Below are positions 1 to 11,520 of a DNA stretch of 64,000 nucleotides, piece after piece. Positions within the stretch are counted from its first letter, which is position 1. Every line of letters starts with the position of its first letter. The translations under genes were made by a program, and so were the position numbers. Source of the DNA: the human T2T-CHM13v2.0 reference genome, Homo sapiens. The DNA lies in the NCBI RefSeq assembly GCF_009914755.1, contig NC_060930.1; one strand, written 5' to 3'. The notes beneath the pieces were generated by a model, which saw nothing but the letters and a program-made list of their open reading frames with translations, was not told the DNA's origin and did no database searches.

Positions 1-539
1 TTGGACCTTGAAAGATGACTAACTGTAGAACTCACAGTTTATGTCCAATGGAAATCACAGGACTTGGTAGGCCTGCTTGCAAATTGTAAGGCTACTTCTA
101 AGCATTGTGGAATGAAATAGGCAGGAAAGGTGACACTGGCTACAATTTAAGGTTTTCTCTAGTTATGCCTACACATATGGTGTGGTTGATTCCATGGCAA
201 ATTTACAGGTAGTATTTTATTATGATTTTCTAGAATTCATATTTTTTAAATACCTCTTTTTATTCTCCATCCAAACACCTCTTTTTGATTTAGTTGCCCT
301 GCTATTTATGTACAAGAAACAACTGACAAGAGACATGGAAAGCTGTCATTTTGGAGTACAGAAAAGGGATGTTAATAGAGTCTTCTTTCCTGTCATTTTA
401 TTTGTTTCTTAATTAAATGTGTGTGTATGTGCACATGTGTGTATAGATATATGATTGCTTTGTAATTCAAAGGTAAGAGTGTGAAGGGCAAAAATACTTT
501 TATTCTTCTAGATTTCATCTGGGCATGCGTATTTTTATA

Positions 540-1140
540 CAACAAATGCCCACAAAAGTCTAACAAACTTAGTGTCTTAAAACAAAACACGTTTATTATG
601 TCCCGATTCTGTAGGTCTGTAGTCCTGGAATGACAAGACTGGATCCTCTGCCCAGAGTCTCACAAGGCTGAAATTAAACAGCTGGTAAAGCCGTATTCTT
701 TTTTGGAGCTCAGGGTTCTCTTCCACATTCACGTGGGCTTGGCAGAATTTAGTTCCTTGCAGTTGTAGGGTTGTAGGTTCCCACTGTTCTTGTTGGCTGT
801 TGGCCAGGGGCTGCTTTCAGCTCCTAGAAGCCACACAATTCCCTAATCTTTGGCCTCTCCACATCACAGGACTTCTTGTCTTCAAGGCCAACAGGAAAAT
901 CTCATTCATGCTTTCAATGGCTCCATTTTTAAAGGTTCCTGTCTGATTAAGTCAGGCCAACCTAGATGATAGTATTTTGATAAAATCAGAATCAAATGGT
1001 TTGCTGCCTTACTCTGCAAAATCTCTTTGCCATATAATATGTCGCAATCGTGCCCATTCTCAACAGGAGGAAATTACACAGAATGTGTATACCAGGGGGA
1101 TGTGAATCTTAGGAGCCACCTTAGAATTCTGCCTATTATA
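540..1140 (-). mobile_element. MaLR LTR, MLT1E/F-like
   Basis: Ends GGAGCCACCTTAGAATTCTGCCTATTATA, the reverse complement of the MLT1E start (TGTGGTAGGCAGAATTCTAAGATGGC); also AAACTTAGTGTCTTAAAACAA and GGCAGAATTTAGTTCCTTGCAGTTGTAGG motifs. Confidence 0.8.
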
Positions 1141-4100
1141 GCATGGTTTTTAAAACTCCACAAAAATCTAGGATGGGAAGACTAGAGAAGGAGCTGTGAG
1201 TCTGTATGTCCAGATTTAGTGGATTTTATTAAAATAAATCAACACCAAAAAGAAAGCTTTGGGGTCCAAGTAATTTTTTGACAGGTTGTCAGTGAGAACT
1301 GTACAATTCATGAAAACAGACAGAAATTTCAGGATTAGATAGGAAGCAAAAGCAATCAATCAAACAAACAAACAAAATATATTCTAGAGTTGTTTAAAAC
1401 AATATATTCAATCTACCCTGGCATAAAAAAACCTGCTATATTTTAAAATGGTTATCTTTTTACTTTTTTCATTTTAAACCATCAGACATTATTTGATTAA
1501 TAACTATAATGACCAGCTTGTTCTCTTTTTAAACATATCATGATAAACTTATCACATGATATCTTGTATTCACAGGGAAGACAAACATTTTAATGATAGT
1601 GTTGAAAAGATTAGACATACATACCCAAAAATGACATTGCCCAATTTGTATTTCAAGTAACTTGTCTACACAGAAAAGATGGGAACAGAGGTGGGGTGGG
1701 AGCTATATGAAAGGAAGAATTTGCAAATTTAATTGATTTTTTTCTCTTGTTGTATGTAGAGCAAGTTGGCATTCACTTAATAATTATACTTTCTTCTTTC
1801 AACAGTAAGTCACCTTGCAGTCCATTATTCTGTAGTTTAAATAATTCCAATTCAATTAAGCTCCCTCTGTAACGCCTGTTGTCCAACTATTTAATAGCTT
1901 TCATTTCTTCTCCTCTAAATTTAAGTTTTTCTAGATGACTTTAAAACATTAGAATGTCAGCATTACGGTATAGTCTATTAGACATATGGAAGTTTTGTAA
2001 TGCATTGATAATTATGAATTGTAGATTACATATGTATTCTTATTGTTAATCTAAAAATGAAAAGGTAGGCCTTGGATAAGAATATGACCACTTAATCTCA
2101 CTCTTTCATTTTTGAATTTCCACTGGAAATATCTCGAGGCATATAATTGAATACATGTCTAGTAGGAAGGTCATTTCACATACTGTGGAAGAAGTAGCTG
2201 AGAAATTACCTTGGAATTATTCACTGCATTAGTGAGAGACTCTTGATGTTAAAGTGGTCTTCTGGGATCTCTTCAAGTCACTGTATTATTCTTTATTTCA
2301 TGAGATCCTGCTAGATTACTTAATAAACATCATTACTTTTGTGCACTCAAAGATTTATGGAAAATGTTAATGCAGATTCCAAAATTGAGAGATATATTCA
2401 CAGAGAGTAGCTAATGTACAGATAGTTTATGGTACTACTGAATTGAAACATTCACTAATTCATTTTCTTTTAAAAAAAGCCTACATTGCATGGTTTTTGA
2501 CATTACTCTACATGGTTATTAGTATGTTTGCATGATGGATATTAGGTTCCATTAAGAAACAATGCTCTGTCTACATTAAAATTTTTTTAAAAAGTAGCAG
2601 GAAGCCAGCTTGTGTTTCAAATCAAGAATAAGACACTCAGAAATAAATTTATGTATAAATTATATCGCAAATAAGAGAATAACCATTGGCTGAATGTTTA
2701 TAATGGTGTGAGGAATGCAGATCTGAAAATAACAGTTTTTTTGGCAAGGTATGAAGTATCCCAATCTAAGTAAGAAAAGAAATCCAAAATGAGTCTAATT
2801 GTACTTTGTGTGAGCAGAGATTGACAGACTAGCTTCACCTAGATTCTAAAATGTGATAAATAAAAACCCTTGATGAAAGGCTTAGTCAGGGACTAGTGGA
2901 AAAGCCCTGCTGCAGAATTTGAGTTTTAATGACAAATACATAATGTAGAGTTGAATAAAAGGGTTTTTATCTGGCCATGTCTGAATTTAGGAGGCTGTCT
3001 TTTTCATGCAAGAGCCAAATTACATTGAAAATGGCCCAGTAAAGCATCTTTGTTGGCAAGGTAAAAAATCCTACAATACATTCCTCTTAAATGATTTTGA
3101 GGTGATAGTCACCTTTTAAGGATAAATAGTGTTTGCGTGCAAGGTAAAAAGCGATGGTAAGAGAAAAGACTTCCAGGTGTAGAAACCAAGGATTTTACTT
3201 CTCCCAAATGGGAGAAAAATATTTATGATTGTTCTGCAAATAGACACAGAAGTTGCATCTCACTTTTTCATAACACTAACTTGAGGAATATAGAGTAGTT
3301 TTTAAGTTTTATGTATATAAACATTAGACTTCTGAAATCATCGTGGACTTATTTAGCCCTTTAATATCTATTGATTGCTTGCATGTAAAAGAAACTATAG
3401 CAGATCATTTATTTAAGATAAATTTCAGGTACTTAGATTTAATTTGACATACTTACTTAGAATATAGTTAGGCATACTTAGAACATACTTACTGTGAATA
3501 TAACACTTACTGGGTTTGTTGACAAAAGAGCTCACAGAATATGTCTCACTCAGTAAACACCAAGATGCTGAAGAGAGTAGAAAATAAAACCAAAAGTGAA
3601 ATAAATTTGGAAATGTAGTGACGCTGAACTGTGCTTATGAAATATTACATGGAGAACATTTCCATAGAGATACCAATTTTGAAATGCATTGTGTTTTCAT
3701 TAATTGTTCAATATGTACACTGTAATTTCCTGTTGGTGTGAGTAGTACATAATATGGAATTTTAAATTTCTAAATGCAATTATCAATGACTACTGTATCA
3801 TATCATGTTATGAAAATGTTATAAGTTCACTTATGATGTACCAATATTCTTCTTATATGTACAGAATGCTGAAAAGCTTCAAAAATAATACGTGTAAAAG
3901 AATTGTTTACTTGTTAAAATAAGAGGCAAAGCCATAAACTTGCAATAGATAAGGAGATGATAAATATTAAATAATAATTGGGGGAGCAAAAAAGAGTTTA
4001 GATCGGAAGGTGTTTGGCATCCTAAGTGAACAATTTTTCACAAGGGGGTCATTTTTGAAATTCCTTAGCTGCCTTTAGTTCACCCAAGCAGAGAATCTGC

Positions 4101-4300
4101 ATGAATGTGAACTTTGAAACAACATAACATTTTAAAAGTTATATAATAAATTTTTTAAAATTTATTTTACTTAACATTATATTATGAAATGATGCTCTGT
4201 AGTTTATATTACTGTACTGTGGATCTTTATTGTAAGGACTTGTGTCTTCTGATTTTTGTATATCCTTACAACTAACAGGAAAATAGCTTGTACATGGTAA

Positions 4301-5122
4301 TGATACGGGAGCAGGGAAGGGAAGTGCTGGGTAGAGAATGGCAGATCCCTGGTGAGGGCTCCATCCCCGGGCCTATGCTCAGGGACCTACATAAGGACAG
4401 GCATTTCTGTTTTCTTGCCCAAATGTTGCATTTCCCAAGACCGCCCTGGCCCACCACGCACCCCCATTGTGTGCCTATAAGAACCCCAAGACCCTAGTGG
4501 GCACGCACACAAGTGGCTGGACGTCAAGAGGAACACACCAGCGGAAGGAGACACAAGTGGGTGGATATTGAGAGAAATGCACCTCGTAAGAGCACACCGA
4601 CAGATGCTGGTTGGCAGGCAGGCAATTGACTAGCGGAAGAACGTGGAGTTTGGCTGGGGCCGTGGGAAGAGAGCCCAGCCCTTGAGCAGCCAGACTCCAG
4701 GGAAAAACCACCTTCCTATTCCATCTCCTTTCTGGCTCCCTCATCTGCTGAGAGGCACTTCCGCTCAGTAAAACCTTGCATTCATTCCGCAAGCCCATGT
4801 GTGATTCGATTCTTCCAGTATACCAACGCAAGAAACCCTGGGATACAGAAAGCCCTCTGTCCTTGTGGTAAGGCAGGGGGTCTAATTGAGCTGACTAACC
4901 CAAACAGCCTAAAAAGTGCAAAACTAAAAGAGCGCCCTGTAACACACGCCCTCTGGGGCTCAGGAGCTGTAAACATTCACCCCTAGATGCTACCATGGGG
5001 TCTGAGCCCCACACCCTGCTTGTCTGCATGCGCCCCCTAGGGGTTTGAGCAGTGGGGCATTGAAGAAGCCACACCCCCGTCGCATGCCCTGCAAGAAGGA
5101 CAAGGGAACTTTTTTCCATTTC
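4301..5122 (+). mobile_element. Solo ERV1 LTR, LTR1-like (LTR1/LTR27-28/MER52, HUERS-P group)
   Basis: Starts TGATACGGGAG..AGGGAAGTGCTGGGTAGAGAA and ends ..CCATTTC; GTAA on both sides (4297-4300, 5123-5126) as a 4-bp TSD; CCTATAAGAA TATA-like box and AGTAAA polyA-like signal; GC-rich island in AT-rich DNA. Confidence 0.85.
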
Positions 5123-5188
5123 GTAACATTTAAGTAAACAAATTGATTAAATAAAACGTTGATTTTCATAGTAGGTCCACAGTTATAT

Positions 5189-5473
5189 ATTTATTTATTT
5201 TATTATTATTATTTTTTTGAGCCAGGGCCTCACTCTGTCACCAGGGTGGCGCGTGGTGCCCAATCTTGGCTCACTGCAGCCTCAAACTCCTGTGCTCAGG
5301 TGATCCTCCCACCTCAACCTCCCATGTAGCTGGGACCACAGGCATGTGCCACCACACTAGGCTAATTTTTTGTATACATAGGGTTTTGTCATGTTGCCCA
5401 GGCTAGTCTTGAACTCTCCCACCTAGGCCTCCCAACATGCTGGGACTACAGACGTGAGCCACTGTGCCCAGCC
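5189..5473 (-). mobile_element. AluJ with small internal deletion
   Basis: T-rich tail then GGCTCACTGCAGCCTCAAACTCC...GTGAGCCACTGTGCCCAGCC; J-type diagnostics. Confidence 0.9.
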
Positions 5474-5498
5474 AAATGCTACATTTAAAAACAAATAC

Positions 5499-5827
5499 AA
5501 TTGAGTTGTGGTGGCTCACTCCTGAAATTCCAGAACTTTGGGAGGCAGAAGTGGGCTGATGGCTTGAGGCCAGGAGTTCCAGACCAGCCTGGGCAACATG
5601 ATGAAACCCCATGTCTACCAAAAGATACAAAAATTAGCCAGGCTTGGTGGTGCGTGGCTGTGGTCCCAGCTACTCAGCAAGAGGATTGCATGAACCTAGG
5701 AGGTAAAGGGATCGCATGAACCTAGGAGGTAAAGGGTGCAGTAAGCTGAGATTGCACCACTGCTCTCCAGCCTGGGTAACAGATTGAGACCCTATTTCAA
5801 AAACTAAACTAAACAAACAAAAAACAA
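5499..5827 (+). mobile_element. AluJ with internal 26-bp tandem duplication
   Basis: GTGGCTCAC...GCTTGAGGCCAGGAGTTC...CAGCCTGGGTAACAG and an A/C tail; duplication at 5683-5734. Confidence 0.9.
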
Positions 5828-5869
5828 GTACAAGGCTTTTTGGAGGAATGACTGGGCAGTTAATATACA

Positions 5870-6620
5870 AGATGAGACTTGAGCATCTTATACTGTCAGA
5901 AAGTAAGAAAGTAAAAAGCAGCGAACCAATAATTAGGTGGATATGCTAAAAGAATGCAAGAACTAACAGAAAGAGCTCCAAATGGCCAAAGCTGGAACAA
6001 TTTCAGCAAAAAATGAGTAGTATTGGGTTAAAGGCCCAAATACAAGATAAATATCCATGAGGTCATATGAATATAGATAAATGATTAAATAAACAAGTAA
6101 ATGAGAGAGAAGAGACAAATCCCTCTTGCAGAAAAATTTCAAATAGTTTATGTAGATACTTTGCTCTCAGGAAGGGAGTGTATAATTCCTTGATTTTTAA
6201 GTGTGGGCTGTACATTGTGACTTCCTTCCAAAAAGTACAGTGTTTGAAAATGAAGAAAAATAAGAGTAATTTTACAGTGCAGGAACTTGACAAACCCAAT
6301 TTCAGCCAAGTGATTAAGATCAACAACCACGCTGAAAAGTCATGCTGACAGTATGTACCCTTGTTACTATGGGATAAAAATAGTAATTTGCTAATGTAGT
6401 CTTTCCTACAAAACCTGTAACCCCAGTCTAATCATGAGTAAAATATCAGACAAATATCAACTGAGAGACATTTTATAAAATGCTTGACCAGTAATCCTCA
6501 AAGCTGTCAAGGTCACCGACAATAAAGTCTGAGAAACTGCCACAACCAAGAGAAGTGTAAAGAGGAATGATGACTAAATGTAATAAGGTATCTCAGATGC
6601 AATCCTGGAGCAAAAAAAAG
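5870..6620 (+). mobile_element. L1MC/L1MD-type 3' UTR fragment
   Basis: GAAAGAGCTCCAAATGGCCAAAGCTGGAACAATTT, AAGTGTGGGCTGTACATTGTGACTTCCTTCCAAA and CCCCAGTCTAATCATGAG motifs. Confidence 0.8.
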
Positions 6621-6769
6621 ACATGATATTGATCTGTGTGGTACATTTGAGGTTTGACTGCAAGAGGGATATTAGGCTCCATTAAAATAAAGCACTCTAT
6701 CTACCTAAGTAGATGCCTAAGTATGTAGGTAACAACACAGCAACAAGCAAAAATTATATATAGCTAGGA

Positions 6770-9605
6770 TCACTGTATTGCCAAAACCAGGCAAAGATAC
6801 TTCATACAAAAACTACTGAAACCAATTTCCTTCATAAATATAGATGCAATAATTTGTATTAAAATACTAGCATATCAAAAAAATACAAAAAAGGATAATG
6901 TATTATGACCAAGTAATGTTTATTCCAGGAATGCAAAGTTGGTTCAACATTCAAATTTCTAATTCAAAATTCTAGTCAATTTAATTCACCACATCAAAAG
7001 ACTAAACAAAGTAACATAATCATTTCAATGGAGGCAGAACATATATTGGACAGATTTCAACATTTATCTATAATAAAACCTCTTAACAAAATATGAATAA
7101 CAATGTATTTTTTAAACTCGATCAAACTAACCTAACCAACATCATACTAAATGCTGAAAGTTGGATACTTTTTCCCAAAGTTCAAAATCCAGGCAATAAT
7201 GTTCAATCTTATCAGGTGTAGTGAACATTTTACTGTAAGTTCCAGCCAGTGCAATAAGGTAAGGCAAGAAAATAAATAAATTAAATATAGATTGGAGATA
7301 ACATGATAATGAAGAGTATCTGAAGCAATCTATAATAAAAGGTACTAGAACTAATGTGAGTTTGGTTACATCATATTTTTGTGATTAATGTATAAAAATC
7401 TATATTATTTACTGTATATAAATAGAAATTAAAATTGTGTCATTTACAATAAGATTGATAAGAAAGAAATACTTAGAGATGAACATAAACATGTTTAATA
7501 CTGTACACTGAAACTACAAAATATTGCTAACAGAAAATTAAAGAAAACAAAATAGATATTTCATATTTATGGATTGGAACACTCAAAACTAGTAAGATGC
7601 AAATTGTCTTCCAAATTGATCCATAGATTTAAGCCATTCCTAGTAAAAATGCCAGCAGACTATTTTGTTAGAAATAGACAAGCTGAATTTACATGAAAAT
7701 GCAAATAACCTAACATAGCCAAACCAACTTGGAAAAGAAGAACGTGTTTGGAAGACTTTCACAACCTGACTTCAAGACTAACTGTAACATGCATGATTTT
7801 TGTGTAAAGATAGACGTACACATCAATGAAATAGAATAAAGTTCAGGAAAAAGGCCAACAAACAAATGGTAATTGATTTTGGACAAAATGCCATGGTGAT
7901 ATACTAGGAAAAAGGTAGTCTTTTCCGCTGGGCGCAGTGGCTCACGCCTGTAATCCCAGCATTTTGGGAGGCCGAGGCGGGTGGATCACAAGGTCACAAG
8001 ATCGAGACCATCCTGACTAACACCGTGAAATCCCGTCTTTAGTAGGGGTGCAAGGGATTATCTGGGCATGGTGGTGGGCACCTGTGGTCCCAGCTCCTTG
8101 GGAGGCTGAGGCAGGAGAATGGCCTGAACCCAGGAGGCAGAGCTTGTGGTGAGCTGAGATCATGCCACTACACTCCAACCTGGGCGACAGAGTGAGACTC
8201 TGTCTCAAAAAAAAAAAAAAAAAAAAAAAAGTAGTCTTTTCAAGAAATGATGCTATAATACTTGAAACTCTGTTTATGATAAAAACAATTTTTTCACTTT
8301 TACCTCACTCCATATATAAAAGTCATCTTGAAATGAATCAGAGATGTAAATATAAGAGCTAATATTACAAAATTTCTTGGGGAAAAAACGAGCAAATCGT
8401 TGTGATTTTGTTTGAGGGAATGATTTTTTAATATACGGCACAGAAACATAAACCATAAACAAAAATAGTTAAATTGAAAGTCATTGAACTTAAAAAAAAC
8501 TTTTCTTCTAAAGTCATGGCTAGAATAATGAACCTGTAATCACAGACTGGAAAAATATACTTGCATCACATTTATTTTATGAAGTACTTGTATCTGAAAT
8601 ATAAAGTGTATGGTAACTTATTAAGAAAAAGACAATGCAATTAAAAAGTCAGTATATTTAAACAGACTCTTCGTAAGAGATTATCAAGTGGAAAATCAGT
8701 AGATAAAAATGTGCTTAGCATCATTATTCACTGAGGAAATGTAAATAAGTCACACTGAGGTAACATAGATCCCTACTATACTAACCCAGTTTAAAAGACT
8801 GACAAGAATAGGTGTTAGTGAGATAGTGGGACAAGTGGAACTCTGAAATATTCCTCATATAAATGCAAAATGGTTCAGCTACTTTGGAAATAGGTTGGCA
8901 GGTTCCTATAGAGCTAACCAGACACTTTTCATATAATCTAGTCAATCTACTCTTGGTTATTATATTCAAGGAGACAGAAAACATATCCACACAAAGACTG
9001 AAACTGCACGAATTTTTATAGCAGTTTTATCCATAATATCAAAAACCTGGACACAACTGAAATGCCCATCAACTGATAAATGCAGAAATATTTACTGTAT
9101 AGTGGGCATACAGTAAATAGAGATGCCAGGCTGTGTATTACAATTTCATTATTCTAACCATGACTTTAGAAGAAAAGTTTTTTTTTAAGTTGAATGAGTT
9201 CCAATTTATCTATTTCTGTTTATGGTTTGTGCTTCTGTTCCCTATATAAAAATATACCAAAATATATATGATAAAAAACTGGTATTCAGAAGGAACAAAT
9301 TACTGATACACATGACAGCATGGATGAATCTCAAAAACTTTATGCTAAGTAAAATAATCCAATAATAATAGACTATATACTGTATGAGTCCAATTATATG
9401 AAATTTTAGAAAGGGTAAACCATTAAAACAGAAAGGAAATCAGTTGTTGCCAGGGTCCAGGGTTAATGGGTAAGGGATTGATGCAAATAGATGTAAGGAA
9501 TATTCTGGAGGTCAGAGCATTTTAATATTTTTATTTGTCAAAATTTTTACAATTGATTCTTCAAGTAAGTAAATTATATGGAAACTATACCTCCTTAAAC
9601 TGTCT
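6770..9605 (+). mobile_element. Old L1M (L1ME-like) ORF2 and 3' UTR, degraded, interrupted by AluY
   Basis: ORF2 motifs CCAGGAATGCAAAGTTGGTTCAACATTC, GACTTCAAGACT, GCAAAATGGTTCAGCTACTTTGGAAA; 3' UTR TATACTGTATGAGTCCAATTATATGAAATTTTAGAAAGG. Confidence 0.8.
7926..8230 (+). mobile_element. AluY with A>G-converted middle linker
   Basis: AluY diagnostics GATCGAGACCATCCTG, GGAGAATGGC, GAGCTTG; pure poly(A) tail; TSD AAAAA(G)GTAGTCTTTTC on both sides. Confidence 0.93.
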
Positions 9606-9619
9606 AAAGTATAATTGAG

Positions 9620-11005
9620 ACACCCACATGCAAGAAACTGAATGTACACATAGAACTCCCATTTTTCACAAAAAATAATTTAAAATGAATCATAGACCTA
9701 AATATATAATGAAAAATTAAAAACTAGAAAATCTAGATGATTTGAGTATAGCAATGGCTTTTTGAATGCAATATCAAAGATATGATTTATGAGATAAATA
9801 ATGGATAATTTGGGCTTCAGTAAAATTAAAAAATTCTGCTCTTCAAAAGACAGTCAAAGGAATGAGAAGACAAGCCAGAGACTGAGGAAAAATATTTGCA
9901 AAAAATATATCTGATAAAACACTGTTATCCAAAATAGGCAAAGAGCTCTTAAAGCTCAACAGTATCAAAACAAACTATTAATACCTGATTTAAAAATGAG
10001 CAAAAAATTTGAACAGACACCTCATCAAAGATGACTTAGAGATGACAAATAAGCATATGAATAGACGTTCAACATCACATTTTATTAGGAAATTCCAAAT
10101 TAAAGCAACAATAAGATGCTACTGCCTACCTATTAGAATGATCAAAATTGAAAACACTGAGGAGAACAAATGCTGACAAGGATGTAGGGCAACAAGAAGT
10201 CTCATTTACTGCTGTTGGAAATCCAAAATGATACAGCCACTTCGGAAGAGAGATCGGCAGTTTCTTACAAGACTAAACATAGTCTTAACATATGATCTAG
10301 CAATCATGATCCCTGGTATTTACCCAAAGGAGTTGAAAATTTGTGTTCACACAAAAACCTGCACATGGATATTTACAGGAGCTTTGTTCATAATTGCCAA
10401 AGCTTGAAAGCAACCAAGATGTCCTTCAGTAGGTGAATGAATAAATACACTGTGTTACATCCTGAAAAGGAAATAGTATTCAGTAATAATATTACTAAAA
10501 AGCAATGAGCTATGAAGCAATGAAAAGACATGGAGGAGCCTTAAATGCATATAACTAAGCAAAAGAAGGTAATATGAAATACCTACATATTGTATGATTC
10601 CAACTATATAACATTCTGGAAAATGCAAAACGACAGATACAATAAAAAGATCAGTGGTTACTAGGGATTAGGGGTGATGGACGGATGAATAGGTGGAGCA
10701 CATAATTTTTTTATGGCCATGAAACTATTCTGTATATTATAATTATGGATCCATGTCATTATGCATTTTTCAAAACTCATAAATTGTATAACACCAAAAA
10801 TAAGCCCTAATGTAAACTATGGATTTTGGGTAACAACATGTTCATGTAGGCTCATCAGTTGTAACATATGTACCACTCTGGTGGTGGATGTTGATAGCCA
10901 GGGAGGTTAAATATGTGTGGGAACAGGGAGTGTATGGGAATTTTCTATACTGTCTACTTAATTTTTCTATGTAATAAAAACTGCTCTAAAAATAAAGTCT
11001 ATTAA
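9620..11005 (+). mobile_element. L1MC1-like ORF2 3' end and 3' UTR
   Basis: CCCTAATGTAAACTATGGA...GTACCACTCTGGTGG...AAAACTGCTCTAAAAATAAAGTCTATT terminus. Confidence 0.85.
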
Positions 11006-11049
11006 GATAAGAAAATATATAATTGATTAAAAAAACTAGCAAAGTAACT

Positions 11050-11345
11050 TAGGCTTTATAATATTTGTGGAAGTAAAATATATGTCAATGATATCAAGAA
11101 TGATACAAAGTGAGAGATGAAAATGAGAGATGTACCCTCATAAGGGTCTTTCAGTATGTATGAAGTAATATAATGTTACTTTAGGGCAGACTGTGATAGT
11201 TAAAGATGTATTTTAAATACCAAATAGTAGAGAAAAAAATGAAATATATAGCATAGGCAGTTAATCTATGAAAACTTAGTAAAAGAGGAAAAGAGAAAAA
11301 AACTACAGCAGAAATTGAGATCAAATGGCAAGATTGTAGATTCAA
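11050..11345 (+). mobile_element. Old L1M inter-ORF fragment
   Basis: GAAGTAAAATATATG...AGACTGTGATAGTTAAAGATGTAT resembles the L1M region between ORF1 and ORF2. Confidence 0.5.
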
Positions 11346-11350
11346 TGCAA

Positions 11351-11420
11351 ACACATGCACACACACAAACACACATATTAACATATGTATGTGTGTGTGT
11401 GTATATATATGCATATATAC
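11351..11420. repeat. Compound (CA)n/(TG)n/(TA)n microsatellite
   Basis: ACACATGCACACACACAAACACACATATTAACATATGTATGTGTGTGTGTGTATATATATGCATATATAC. Confidence 0.85.
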
Positions 11421-11520
11421 AGAAGTATAAAGGGCTAGGTAAAATATTTTAGAACCCAAAACACTAACCATAAAAAAGGTAATATAGATTTCATTAAAAT
11501 TAAAATCTCTATTTTTTAAA

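Noticed and set aside
163-208. Possible micro-exon (TTTTCTCTAG...ACAG|GTAGTA)
   Set aside because: Weak donor, no partner exons or recognisable peptide; expected by chance
4272-5119. Cluster of overlapping ORFs (also at 24462-25718)
   Set aside because: Chance ORFs in GC-rich LTR sequence with no recognisable domains
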